Notes: a model not told the origin generated them from the letters alone. A stretch of 59,775 nt of DNA, filler included, from Stramenopiles sp. TOSAG23-3 (GCA_900128585.1; 6 parts of 6 records of this genome joined end to end with filler, not necessarily neighbours in it); one strand, 5' to 3'; counted from the whole stretch's first letter, positions 45,001 to 54,385 are shown. Numbers and translations: made by a program.

Positions 45001-45371
45001 TTGTGGCTGGTCTCGAAAATAAGGGAAATGGGTCAATGGCCTACCATGTAGAAATTGGTGATGGTCGCATCCGCCCACCACCTGACGAGTTTGACCCAAA
45101 CAAAGTCTGGAAGCCACTGCCGAAAGAAGAACACCCCGACGAAATTAAGGCAAGGGGGCGATGGCCAAGAACCCTGAAACCAGGGGAATATGTCCTGTTT
45201 GATTGCTTGGGTTGGAAACCCAGCCGCGTGAGCTCAATCGACAACCACGGTGAAAAAGAGATGGTTGTTGTACCTATGGGATCCAAACATGGGTACCATG
45301 TAAAACTCGACTCGAAGCGGATCAAAAAGATTCCCAAAAACTTTAAACCGCCACTGCCCTCCACGTTTTAA
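42066..45371 (+). CDS. Uncharacterised membrane protein with two TM segments and three C-terminal beta-barrel-like repeats
   Basis: 1101-aa ORF: globular N-terminus, long helices, two hydrophobic segments (~aa 640-720) and three LK[P/A]G[D/E]xxxFD repeats. Confidence 0.8.
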   Translation: MSDDGDSEDSVPPIVFQVAEKYRNPKLEITDTIEWSPDHAKILYLISLFAKPPVEEGDEEGWIRSLPLLVLMYEGIVSGTFEEPDYAPCCNIVSQDGHTRRVWMNVSQEGKAFIDDLREKTLLNGLKMMTEDGQPVTSFQCSLFGLSLVEQIPEELKAQVVALVYPTGVEGGPRKIRFDPEEGCFWMTTDGGYNEQSEISECEDISYVSSPYLPECLRENDRPNNSNKHRAHEVADGGGNVAVDTSEAVTLSNVHAMIAEWIPFGANQIVALNERLGALDRNQGGFFTNQVDEDPTSTNFDVPPGLTSVKILDFDFVRFTNFEAEINYPNDEGIIQIEEFGMHLDMDGTIVYGMFIEAIGNRLADDLSVDDLSRVMVDIHQDSSEIMDDIISAHQKELMQTVFMGDSDNRPKFNLLMCDGITPALSGEFFMDRSEREYEIKQIVGDVVHGTMVGGTDTLILGREGIVYAGPHATETDNLLIANAFIAGKEVFLRAYFIRMFILNNEIDTIRDLIATYLDDPHKVDDFRTRLSESSSTIIQMTELLGYLEESIRTAKLPPRASGGQLMLAYDALNIEHQFRDLRLRTFDLRKLVEGAGGKLDILRLQGTSVNKRLLDVVVKGMDVNFQGLVAATASDARAAIANEIMNIVFAGNMIFDLIDRVDGDDTLGYEGVDSGGGGVHWILMVFRPIYSVPGFFFVVNVGWFLMMTWFLQTFMRFLIDKTLNARTIRKIMFLKVKLKNAVEYVRTKTLISSDTVASDDGIFWKIAWKDGDKESHAHWGGDPPHIVCEIDLATGFMMQVNINWNYQTLPWNAETVVGRWVDELCNFNVFHDMNDNVRRKKSIALAAPWMPKHGTDHVNTESYQWRKSLKPGDTVVFDAIERRESKIIKIEGTEVVVKPTGPNSNFAYRTNLFSKQIVPTIDYEHPEKPLTEEETERLNSFPFNLKAGDFLFFDLLEEETPSRLVSRTGTHLLIKPWFVAGLENKGNGSMAYHVEIGDGRIRPPPDEFDPNKVWKPLPKEEHPDEIKARGRWPRTLKPGEYVLFDCLGWKPSRVSSIDNHGEKEMVVVPMGSKHGYHVKLDSKRIKKIPKNFKPPLPSTF

Positions 45372-45675
45372 ATAGGTCATTAATTTGTATTAGTCTATCA
45401 GTTATGGTAAACAACTATAATAGTAATTCTTTAGCATTCATCAACACACCCCTCGCCGCCTGCTGTGCGCATATTAATAATTATGATTTATATACTTCTC
45501 TTCTTCTTCGCGTACGTACATACCAACCAACGAAGAAGGGAAGAGCTGTAGGGGGATTCGAGACAGTTCGGTCTACACTTTGCGAAATTGTATGCAGGCG
45601 TTTCCTAAATAAGATGTAATTTAAATATATCCTTTTTTTACGCGGTCATTGCGTCGTAATTTATTCCCTGTTATC

Positions 45676-46713
45676 ATGTTGAAGATAGTTGAAAGTGGAG
45701 TCGTTTTTGACGAACAAGGTCAGGCGCAAGTAGAGAGTGTCTGCTTCAATGAGACGGGGACCTTATTGTTGGCTTCTGTGTCTCAACTGTTCGTGAAGAA
45801 ATGGGTTGGCTGCCTTCGGGTGTTTAAGAACACTGGTGGGGATGGTGGTTGCACATTTACGCTGCAACAAAACGTAGAATTGCCTCATGGTAATGCAGCA
45901 TCAGCGGTGTTTTTGAAAAGTGCTAAAAAGAAAGAGCCAGAGATGGTAGTGTCGGCGAGCGACAGCGGCGAAATACACCTTTGGTCGTGCGACGAAGACG
46001 CTTGGAATTTTGCAGCAGTAAATATGCTTTCGGGACACGATGACATGATTTTAAATCTATGCACGGGTGGGCCAATGTCGCCGTCGTGCTTTTTCTCCGC
46101 GAGTCAAGACCGGACCGTTAAACTGTGGAGCGCTGCGCTGGGGAAGTGCGTTCGCACTTTTTCTGGGCACTCGGCTCCGTGCCTCTCTGTCTCTGCGTGT
46201 TTCAAAAGTACCCACCTAAGTGCCTCTGGTGGCATGGATAGATCGTTAATGCTGTGGGACTCTAGAGATTCTAACCCAATCGGTAAAATAAGTCTTGGGT
46301 CCGCTGTCCACTCCGTTGAATGGGACCAAGCCTATGATAATATTGTTGCATGCGGACAGGGAAATGGAGAAGTTTGCGTTTACGACATACGGACTCCTTT
46401 TCAGCCTTTATCTTCCACCAACTTGCATAAAGGAACCGTGGCTGCTTTGTCGTGCAGGACTACTACGAAAGATGAAAAGAACGGCAGTGAGTGTACCTCT
46501 ATGTTTGCATGTGGTGGAGATGACCTAAACTTGTCGGTTTTCTCTTCCCAGGTGCAGCAAGTTCCAGAAAGCGCCTCTGGGGGCTCTGCCCATTTATCGT
46601 CAACACACCGTGATTACATCCGATGCGTGGCGTGGTCTCCCGACGGAACAAGATTCGTCAGTGGGAGTTGGGATGGCTCTGCTAAAATTTTCGATGTAGA
46701 AGCGCACTGTTGA
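45676..46713 (+). CDS. WDR77: WD40 protein, methylosome protein 50-like
   Basis: ATG at 45676. LLLASVSQL..KKWVGCL, SASDSGEIHLW, GHDDMI, HRDYIRCVAWSP and SGSWDG parallel MEP50 motifs. Confidence 0.7.
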   Translation: MLKIVESGVVFDEQGQAQVESVCFNETGTLLLASVSQLFVKKWVGCLRVFKNTGGDGGCTFTLQQNVELPHGNAASAVFLKSAKKKEPEMVVSASDSGEIHLWSCDEDAWNFAAVNMLSGHDDMILNLCTGGPMSPSCFFSASQDRTVKLWSAALGKCVRTFSGHSAPCLSVSACFKSTHLSASGGMDRSLMLWDSRDSNPIGKISLGSAVHSVEWDQAYDNIVACGQGNGEVCVYDIRTPFQPLSSTNLHKGTVAALSCRTTTKDEKNGSECTSMFACGGDDLNLSVFSSQVQQVPESASGGSAHLSSTHRDYIRCVAWSPDGTRFVSGSWDGSAKIFDVEAHC

Positions 46714-47403
46714 AATAGGAGAATACAAGAGTATGCAAAGTACACACTCGTCCACATCGAACGCCCTGCATCTTAAACATGTTGTGCTAAATACTTTAAG
46801 TCCATAAATTATACGAATTTTTAGGAACAATTAGAATCGACCAATCCTGGTTCCTGGTACCTGTACCAGGTATGTATAATATTTTAATATTGTTGAGATT
46901 ATTTAAAGCGCACCACCACATCCTCCCTCCTCTCCTCTCCTCCTCTCCTCCGATTTTTTCTTCTTCTATCTTTTTTTCTTTTTTCGGGTCGTCGGTCGTC
47001 GGTTCGTACCGTAGTTTAGGTCAGTCCAACTACATACCAAGGTATCTTCTCGTAATAAGAATTATATAGTTAATCAATTATTATAATACTGTCGTACCAG
47101 GCAAAACACAACCCTAATCCTAACCATATAAATAAAAACAAGTCAGTCGCGTCAGTTTTGAGTTTTTTTACTGATATTATACTAACTATACCAATAATAC
47201 GAAAGCTAGGGCCCGAACGGTCCATCGTTGGCTTTGGCCATCGTTGTCCCTTTGATATATACATCAGTTATAGATTTAATTCAGTTATAGGTTTAATACG
47301 GTGGCTTATGTTTTTATATTGTAAAAAAGAAACTATTTAGCGTGAGCGCTTCTTTAATTAACCCACGAAGGATAGAAGAAATTGACGGTAAAGGCATAAA
47401 GAA

Positions 47404-48498
47404 ATGGCTGTGACAAGTGAACAAGCAAAGGCGTATTTGGACTCCCTCGCAAAGCCCCCCGGCTCGCTTGGACTTCTAGAGGAGTGGGCAGCGAAACTTT
47501 GCGTTGTACAGAATACAATGAGACCCCAATCGGGTCCGATGTCAACGCTAGTATTTTGCGGGGATCATGGTGTGAAAAAAGAAAACGCTGGCATATCCCC
47601 GTTTCCCCCAGTGATTTCTCAAGTGGTTTTTCGAGCACTGGCAAATGGGGAGTCCGCGACAGGGACGCTTTCCAGCGCTGTCGGGTGCCACCTGACAATT
47701 ATTGATTGCGGCTTAGATGGGGACGTGTCCGACGTCGGAAAATCTACTTTGCCAAAACATATTTCCGTTGTGCACAAGAAAGTGAACGCAGGTACATCGA
47801 ATATACTTACTGGGCCAGCGATGTCCTCCCAACAGCTTTTGGACGCTATGGCCGTAGGAGCCAAGTGCGTGCAAGACGAGAACAAGAAAAGGGGAAGTTT
47901 GGTAATAGCGGTTGGTGAAGTAGGTATTGGCAACACGACAGTCGCTGCTGCTCTGCTATCTGCTGTTACAGGTTCAAGTGCCCAGGATTGTTGCGGTCGA
48001 GGCACAGGGCTTGATGAGGCAGGTTTGGCCCATAAAATAGCAACGGTAAAGGACGCGTGCGAACAACATATTCCCAATTTTAGTAAAATCGAAGACCGCC
48101 CGGAACGTGCGATGGAAATTTTGCGTTCCCTCGGTGGATTTGAAATTGCAGCGATGGTAGGTGCCTACATTGAAGCGAACAAGTCGGGCATTCTAACAGT
48201 AGTCGATGGCTTTATCAGTGCCGTTGCAGCACTGCTTGCAGTGCAAATACAACCTCTGTGCTCAACCAACATGGTTTTTGCGACTGGTTTGGAAGAGGAG
48301 CCGAGAGCCCCCGTAGGTGGGCGCATTTTATGGGAAGCCCTTGGTAAGCCTCGTTCTGCGCTTTCCATGAATCTTTGCCTCGGTGAGACGAGCGCAGCAA
48401 CCCTGGCTTTGCCTCTTATTCGCGCGGCTGCACGAATAGTAACTTCGATGGGGACTTTGGAACAAGTTCAAAGGTTGATTTTGCCAACACAGGAATAA
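47404..48498 (+). CDS. cobT: Nicotinate-nucleotide--dimethylbenzimidazole phosphoribosyltransferase
   Basis: AKPPGSLGLLE, FCGDHGV, GEVGIGNTT, GRGTG, GGFEIAAMVG, VVDGFI and LCLGETS with the catalytic Glu retained. Confidence 0.95.
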   Translation: MAVTSEQAKAYLDSLAKPPGSLGLLEEWAAKLCVVQNTMRPQSGPMSTLVFCGDHGVKKENAGISPFPPVISQVVFRALANGESATGTLSSAVGCHLTIIDCGLDGDVSDVGKSTLPKHISVVHKKVNAGTSNILTGPAMSSQQLLDAMAVGAKCVQDENKKRGSLVIAVGEVGIGNTTVAAALLSAVTGSSAQDCCGRGTGLDEAGLAHKIATVKDACEQHIPNFSKIEDRPERAMEILRSLGGFEIAAMVGAYIEANKSGILTVVDGFISAVAALLAVQIQPLCSTNMVFATGLEEEPRAPVGGRILWEALGKPRSALSMNLCLGETSAATLALPLIRAAARIVTSMGTLEQVQRLILPTQE

Positions 48499-48649
48499 TA
48501 AGTATTAGTGCCTGTGTATAACATACTACGCGTATATAAACTTTTGTTCATTTTTTTAAAAGTATTGATGCCTGTTACACTCTCTAAAATATTTTGATTG
48601 GAGTGTCTCATAAATTTGATAGGACATATGATAGGGAAGAGTGAGCTCT

Positions 48650-49761
48650 TCAACGCTTTGCAAAATACCCAAGCACTTTTGGCAAGGAAAACACAGCAAA
48701 GAGGCGGCCAAATGCATAGAGGTCTGCCCCGTGAAACTGCCCAGATATAGACATATAAATGGCCACTTCAGTCATGCAAATTGTTGCACCAAGAAAGTCG
48801 CCAATGACCCCCCCGATGATTGCCGTACCATAAAAACCGGAAATAACGGTGCACACACTGAACGTCAAGATGGCTCGAAAAGCCGCATCCTGCGGCAAAA
48901 ATAATAGTGAAATTACAGAGGCAGAGACAACTGCAAAGACCACCCGGAACAAACCAAGAATGCGCTTCGACTCTCCAAACCAGTTGTAAAAGTCCCCCTT
49001 CGCATCTTCGTCATCGGTTACGTACTTGCAAGCATAGACCAGTGGTGCGGCCGTAGCCCGACTAAGAGACTGAGAAACCACAATGGCAGAGGCCACGTTG
49101 CTTATCCCAAAAAACTCTGTCACCACAGGTGTCACAGGCTGCGCTACGCTCCCAATGATGGCAATGGAGGCAATTTTCGCCACCATCCAAATCGATGCAC
49201 CCTTAGAAAGGAGGGAAGAAAAAAAGCGTTAGTACGAGCAAGGAAGGGTGAAACAAGAGACAGCAGACTTACAATAGTCGCATACGAGCCATTCCTGGAG
49301 TCTCGCATGATTTTCAAAATCTGGGCTTTCGACCATCCTCCACCAAAGGCGTCCAGAGTATCACAGAGGCCATCCTCGTGAAAGCACCCGGTTAGCCACA
49401 GAGTTCCCCCGCACGAGACTGCAGCGGCAATCATGGGGGTCCAAATTCCAGCGGCCGCATCGTATATAACTGCTTGCCAAGCGCCGATGAGTGATCCAAT
49501 CAAAGGAAAATACGCCATGCCGCGGAGCAAGTGACCAGGATGGTGATCGCACCAGCCTGGACAGGGAAGCCGTGTTAGGAACATAACCCCCGACAGAAAC
49601 GCTCGCGTCTCATCGCGTGGTTTTGCTTCGAATTCTACCAGTGGTGTGCGCACAGCAGTCCCCGTCCCTCGACTTGCTACCTCTTCATTCGTCAAAACTC
49701 CCCGTTTCCCTTTGACTTTCGGTGACTTTTTCGAACGCCCTTTTGACGCACTCCTTGCCAT
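48650..49761 (-). CDS. cobS: Adenosylcobinamide-GDP ribazoletransferase (cobalamin synthase); two exons 49761-49273 and 49201-48650, 346 aa
   Basis: FLTRLP, YFPLIG, LTGCFHEDGLCDTLDAFGGG, IMRDSRNGSYATI|GASIWMVAK, SLSR, IGGVIGDFLGA. Splicing joins two track ORFs in frame and restores the family's DSR-to-K spacing. Confidence 0.93.
49202..49272 (-). other. Spliceosomal intron in cobS (71 nt)
   Basis: Donor GTAAGT at 49272, branch TACTAAC at 49234-49228, polypyrimidine tract, acceptor AG at 49203-49202; phase 0. Confidence 0.92.
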
Positions 49762-50175
49762 TCTTTTTTCTGAAAAAATAAATTGGATGAAAGAGTTGTC
49801 TTTGAATTTCTAAATGATCTCCGCCGTTCTTAAACCTTTTTGCAATGTCTAAAAAGTTGTCTCGTGCTCCTACAAACTGTTTGCATTTGATTCAGATTTT
49901 AAAATTTACTTGAGTGGTGAAGACATTTCCCAGAAGATCTTGTTGTCAATTGATTGGATGCTAATAACCGAACCCTCCCTATCCTATATAATAAATTTTT
50001 TTTGTACTAGTACGTAGTATTATTACTGTAATAAAGATTGAATTCTCTCTCTTCTTTTACCTTCATTATCGTATTTATATGTTAAATTTACAATCCTGGC
50101 CGCTATGAGATACGGTAAGCAGAGCCTTTAAAGTCGTCTAGTCGTCTAGTATGTTTCTACAATTTCGTCCTTTGT

Positions 50176-53100
50176 TTAGAGGGTGACCTTTTCTTTTTCA
50201 TACTCGTTTATTGTTCTGCTGCTTACGGACTGAAAATTGTTTTTTCGGGACACATCCGAAGACTGGCGACGACTTTCAGTAGAAATATTAATGCTAGCCC
50301 TGCGATTTTTGCTCACAGCCCTTGCTGCTCTTGTTAGTACATTTTCCATTTTTTCCAAGTCTGGTGTGCTCATTCTGTTTTTGAACTTCTTCGAGTTGCC
50401 GGCGCCAGAAACATGTTGCCTAGCCAACTCGATTGTGTCCGTGATGGTTTTATGGGACGAGGCAGTAGCAACTGAGGCGCGCCTTGGCTCAGATGATGTG
50501 GTTGTCCCTTTCCTTTCGTGTTCATACTTTGAAGTATTGATTTTCATTTTCGAGGCCATTTCGGTCAAAACTTGGAGTATTTTTTGCTGGTTCTTCTGTA
50601 ACATTGCCACGCTCGATACTATGTTTTCTGCTAAAACTGTGTCGTCGCCACCATCGCTGCTGACCTTCCGATCAATGGTGTTTGGATAATCCAGCCCCGA
50701 AATTTTCACGCTTTCTCCAAAAGCGTGTGCAATTACACGGTGGGAGAAACTTTTTCTCTCGGCTTCATTCTTAAATACCAATTCACAGTGAGAATAATAC
50801 CCGGGCGCGAATGTTAGGTACAAGCGCCTCTTGCTAGACTTAGAAATGTCTATGCGGTGCAATTTCTTCAGCAGAAGCACTCGACGCAACTTATAGTTGG
50901 AGTAGAACGATCTGATCAGAGCCTTTTCGGCGTCAACGATCATGATTCTCACCTGTTTTAACCCATACTTGTTTATCTTTTGCACTGTGAATTCGTTGTA
51001 CCCCGTTTTCACGTCCATGACACCCAATTGCGAAAATTCCATGCGCTTTTCACCCTTCAGCATAAATACACTGTAACACTTCCTGAAAGTAGTAATAATT
51101 TTTCGAGCCAAACATTTTGCAGGATCCAAATGGTCACAGCGTCCCGCCATGTTTGCTTTTCGAAATAAGAGGCAAAGGTCGGAAATTCCCATGTAGATGT
51201 TTTTCTGCAAACCGTGTTTTTCCTCAAAAAATGCCCGAATATACTTGTATAAATTCTTTACTCCAACTACTGTTCTTGCCGTTAGAATTTCGTCCGACGC
51301 TTGTTTTACAACCATCAAAAAATTGATTTCGGCTATCCAATGTTGAACTTGTTCGTTGCCGTGATCGTCGATTCCCACAGTACGATTTTGTTGAGACCTC
51401 CTCTTTCTCAAACACGGGCAACAGAATATCGCGTACATGCACGAATGCAAACAGCCCTTCCCCAGCAATTGAAATTTTAACCGGTAAAACAAGACTACGT
51501 AATGCTTTTGCAGGTCTAACAATGCATTTGGTAAATCTTTCTGCCAAGCATCTTTTGAAGACGCTGCGTGTGACACACTGTAGCCATCCGTGAGAATGGC
51601 GATGAACATATTCATCATTATCATGTACATCAGGAATAGCCATATCCAGTAAAAAATACCGGTAAAGTAAGGAGCAACTTGAGCCATAGAATCATACTCA
51701 TATCCTCCCCCGATAAAGCCCATCATTTCTCGAAAACTTGTCCACAAACTCATGAATGCTGGCAGATGAGGCCCGTACATGTAATGAGCTGCTTGGGCAA
51801 ACCCCAACAAAAATACAATAACCATAATCATGTATATTGCTAAATCCTTGGAAGCGGTTCGCAAAGTGTTTTGCAGGATGGCAGTGCGTCTGCTAAATTT
51901 TGAAAACTGCAAGGTCAAGATTACGTTAAAAACAAAACAGAAGCAGGCTGCCTGTGTGGACGTGTAGAGACCATCAAAAGGTTCAAATATTTCAAAAAAC
52001 TCATCGCTCGCTGCGGATGGCAAGTCCCCCAGGGTTACACCTGTCCTAACGAGCTCGTAATGCCATTGGTACGATCGGTGGAGAAGGAAGGTGGTAATGA
52101 AGGCAATTTCCAACAGAGTTTTCCATTTCATTAAATACTTTAATTTTGAGCTGGCGTGAAGGAACTTTTTAGAAACACTCCTCAGTCGCGACAATATTAT
52201 TCCAAAAGTTACCAGTTCTAAGAGATACCGTGTCCACTGGTCGGCAGAGAATCCACCCAACGGGTAGGTCCGAAGCCTGTACGAGCACGTGATGTAACCG
52301 TTCTCGAAAAATTCGCAGTAGAACTGTGATGCCGTCATTATTTTAGTTGATTCGCTCAACAGGTTATGCTCTACGAATACACCCCGAGTAGCTTTGTCGA
52401 TCCACTTGTCGCCTTTCAGTTCTTGAATTAGAGAGGTTGCGGTTGCGGAGGTCGCATTGTTGGCAGGAAGCAGCCGCGACGGAGGAGGTATGTAGACCGC
52501 AAACCCGCCCGTCCCGTACACACGTTCTAGAAATGTCCTAGAAAATTCACTCCTACCACGGGCGGAGGGCATGGTTGCTTTTGTGGAGAATCCATATTTG
52601 TTCTTCCCAGTAACGTTCTTGTAGTACGAGCTCCCGAAAGTCCCTCTAGGTCCAAATGATTCTTTCGATGCCGTTCGAACGTCATATTCGGCAAAGCATG
52701 TCCCAGTGTTTTTGAAACGGCACTGGACCTGCGGCATGCGAAACTGTCGGAGTCGAAGTGGCCCAATCATGCGAAGATGCCCGCTGATTAAGTCTTCTGG
52801 ACCGTAGGGGTTTCCTTTGTATATACCATTTACCACTGGGCCCTCGAGCCATGAATAAAACTCGTCTAGGGAGTGCACATCTTGGAAATTCTTTTTATAG
52901 GTTGCGGAAGGAAACTCTTCGTCGTAAAATAACTCCAAAACGACCTGATCTTGTTCGTGGGCGTCCTGGACTCTCAAAAACATGCCCATGCTCAAGGTCA
53001 ATATTATAAAGAAGACAACGAGCGTGAAGCAATTGTTAATCATATCCAGGCGCTGGATCTGATATAGGGCTTTTAAAAACGGGCGAATGGGCAAATAATC

Positions 53101-53415
53101 TTCTTCGTCCAAGCTGTCCATCCCAATAAGTTGTATTTTTTCGTGCTTCAAGTCCGGGTTCAACTCTTGCGCTAGTTTCCACAACTGGGCAGTTCCTTCG
53201 TCAGGCCCTTCGTCGGTAGCAGCCATAAGCTGGGCAATTCGTCGCCTTTCCGATTTCATTGCTCTTCCTAGGTCGGATTTAGTTTTAGAAATGTGCCTAG
53301 CTACGCTCTTGCTAACCTGCATCACAGAATCCCTGGCACGTCGAGCGTTGCTGCGACTACGGCCTCTCTTGAGTTGGCGAACTGGGCCCATTTCCACCCT
53401 CACGGCGTCCGTCAT
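50176..53415 (-). CDS. Polycystin-2 (PKD2/TRPP)-like cation channel with C-terminal PH-like domain
   Basis: FYSWLEGP, GPLRLRQFR, LKGDKWIDKATRGVFVE (TOP domain), six TMs, pore GFAQAAHYMYG...F, S6 MMNMFIAILTDGY, distal VQKINKYGLKQVRIM...FKNEAERKSF. Confidence 0.9.
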   Translation of the reverse strand: MTDAVRVEMGPVRQLKRGRSRSNARRARDSVMQVSKSVARHISKTKSDLGRAMKSERRRIAQLMAATDEGPDEGTAQLWKLAQELNPDLKHEKIQLIGMDSLDEEDYLPIRPFLKALYQIQRLDMINNCFTLVVFFIILTLSMGMFLRVQDAHEQDQVVLELFYDEEFPSATYKKNFQDVHSLDEFYSWLEGPVVNGIYKGNPYGPEDLISGHLRMIGPLRLRQFRMPQVQCRFKNTGTCFAEYDVRTASKESFGPRGTFGSSYYKNVTGKNKYGFSTKATMPSARGRSEFSRTFLERVYGTGGFAVYIPPPSRLLPANNATSATATSLIQELKGDKWIDKATRGVFVEHNLLSESTKIMTASQFYCEFFENGYITCSYRLRTYPLGGFSADQWTRYLLELVTFGIILSRLRSVSKKFLHASSKLKYLMKWKTLLEIAFITTFLLHRSYQWHYELVRTGVTLGDLPSAASDEFFEIFEPFDGLYTSTQAACFCFVFNVILTLQFSKFSRRTAILQNTLRTASKDLAIYMIMVIVFLLGFAQAAHYMYGPHLPAFMSLWTSFREMMGFIGGGYEYDSMAQVAPYFTGIFYWIWLFLMYMIMMNMFIAILTDGYSVSHAASSKDAWQKDLPNALLDLQKHYVVLFYRLKFQLLGKGCLHSCMYAIFCCPCLRKRRSQQNRTVGIDDHGNEQVQHWIAEINFLMVVKQASDEILTARTVVGVKNLYKYIRAFFEEKHGLQKNIYMGISDLCLLFRKANMAGRCDHLDPAKCLARKIITTFRKCYSVFMLKGEKRMEFSQLGVMDVKTGYNEFTVQKINKYGLKQVRIMIVDAEKALIRSFYSNYKLRRVLLLKKLHRIDISKSSKRRLYLTFAPGYYSHCELVFKNEAERKSFSHRVIAHAFGESVKISGLDYPNTIDRKVSSDGGDDTVLAENIVSSVAMLQKNQQKILQVLTEMASKMKINTSKYEHERKGTTTSSEPRRASVATASSHKTITDTIELARQHVSGAGNSKKFKNRMSTPDLEKMENVLTRAARAVSKNRRASINISTESRRQSSDVSRKNNFQSVSSRTINEYEKEKVTL

Positions 53416-53798
53416 GTTGAAGCTCTCTGCTGCCCGCTGAAGAACCTCGGACTTACAATTTACTAGTCAGGCGCTGCTTGCAGTCTGCTTCCGGCTGTTG
53501 GTATGCAACACAATATGAAACCGGGTTCCAAAAAGGACCTTTTCGCTTTCTTTTATCAACTCCCAATCTTCATACAATGCCTCAACTGCTCGTATATCTC
53601 ATTGTTGAAATTTTCTTATATTATTTTCCCCTGCTATGGCATGTGCCACGTTTTATTATTAATAAACTCTGTATAAAGGTCCTCCTCGCCTCTGCTGGAT
53701 CGGATCCGGCAGTGTAATACCAGGTAAATAACAGGTAGGTACCTGCACGGGTTTTTTACCTGTTATTAAATACCTGTACAAACTTTCTAGAAGAAGAA

Positions 53799-53898
53799 NN
53801 NNNNNNNNNNNNNNNNNNNNNNNNNNNNNNNNNNNNNNNNNNTTAATTAATTAANNNNNNNNNNNNNNNNNNNNNNNNNNNNNNNNNNNNNNNNNNNN
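53799..53898. other. Artificial contig-join spacer
   Basis: N44-TTAATTAATTAA-N44. Confidence 0.95.
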
Positions 53899-54154
53899 TC
53901 TATTATTTTATTATATTATTATTACGAGGAAAAAAGAACTAATCTCTTCTTTACTTTAAAAAGTATACATTCACAAAGCATAATTATTAGTAAGAGTTTT
54001 ATATACATGTGCAAACTAAATACGGGCCAAACCGTAGCTAACACAATTTCTGACATTTTTTCGGACCCAATATAGAGTTGGAAACCGAAAACCCCATTGA
54101 AATAGTTGTGGTGGGCAGACGGGCAGAAATACCAAAATCCCGGCAGAGTCCCAG

Positions 54155-54385
54155 ATGAGTTCGAAAAGTGACTTCGCGTCGGTGTACCGGCCGAGGCGCT
54201 TCCTTGACGTACTTGAAACGCAATGGCAAGAAGATACTTTATCGGATGACGACATTTCGGTTCCACCAGAATTAGACATTCCCCCTGATGATGCAGACAT
54301 AGATGCAGGGGAAACTGAAGCTGCGAAAAAGGAAGAGGACCGTTGGACAGATCTGGACTTGGAGTCGTTCCGACCGAACGAGTAA
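54155..54385 (+). CDS. ANAPC13: Anaphase-promoting complex subunit 13
   Basis: 76 aa; RFLDVLETQWQEDTLSDDDISVP...KKEEDRWTDLDL parallels the APC13 pattern LDLID..W.ED.LP.EDV.IP...WTDL.L. Confidence 0.85.
   Translation: MSSKSDFASVYRPRRFLDVLETQWQEDTLSDDDISVPPELDIPPDDADIDAGETEAAKKEEDRWTDLDLESFRPNE

Noticed and set aside
48650-49761. cobS as a frameshifted pseudogene or two separate genes
   Set aside because: A canonical 71-nt intron joins both ORFs into one intact CobS.
47404-49761. cobT/cobS as bacterial contamination
   Set aside because: It has an intron, convergent non-operon orientation, host-like AT-rich spacers and contiguity with eukaryotic genes. Read mapping is still advisable.
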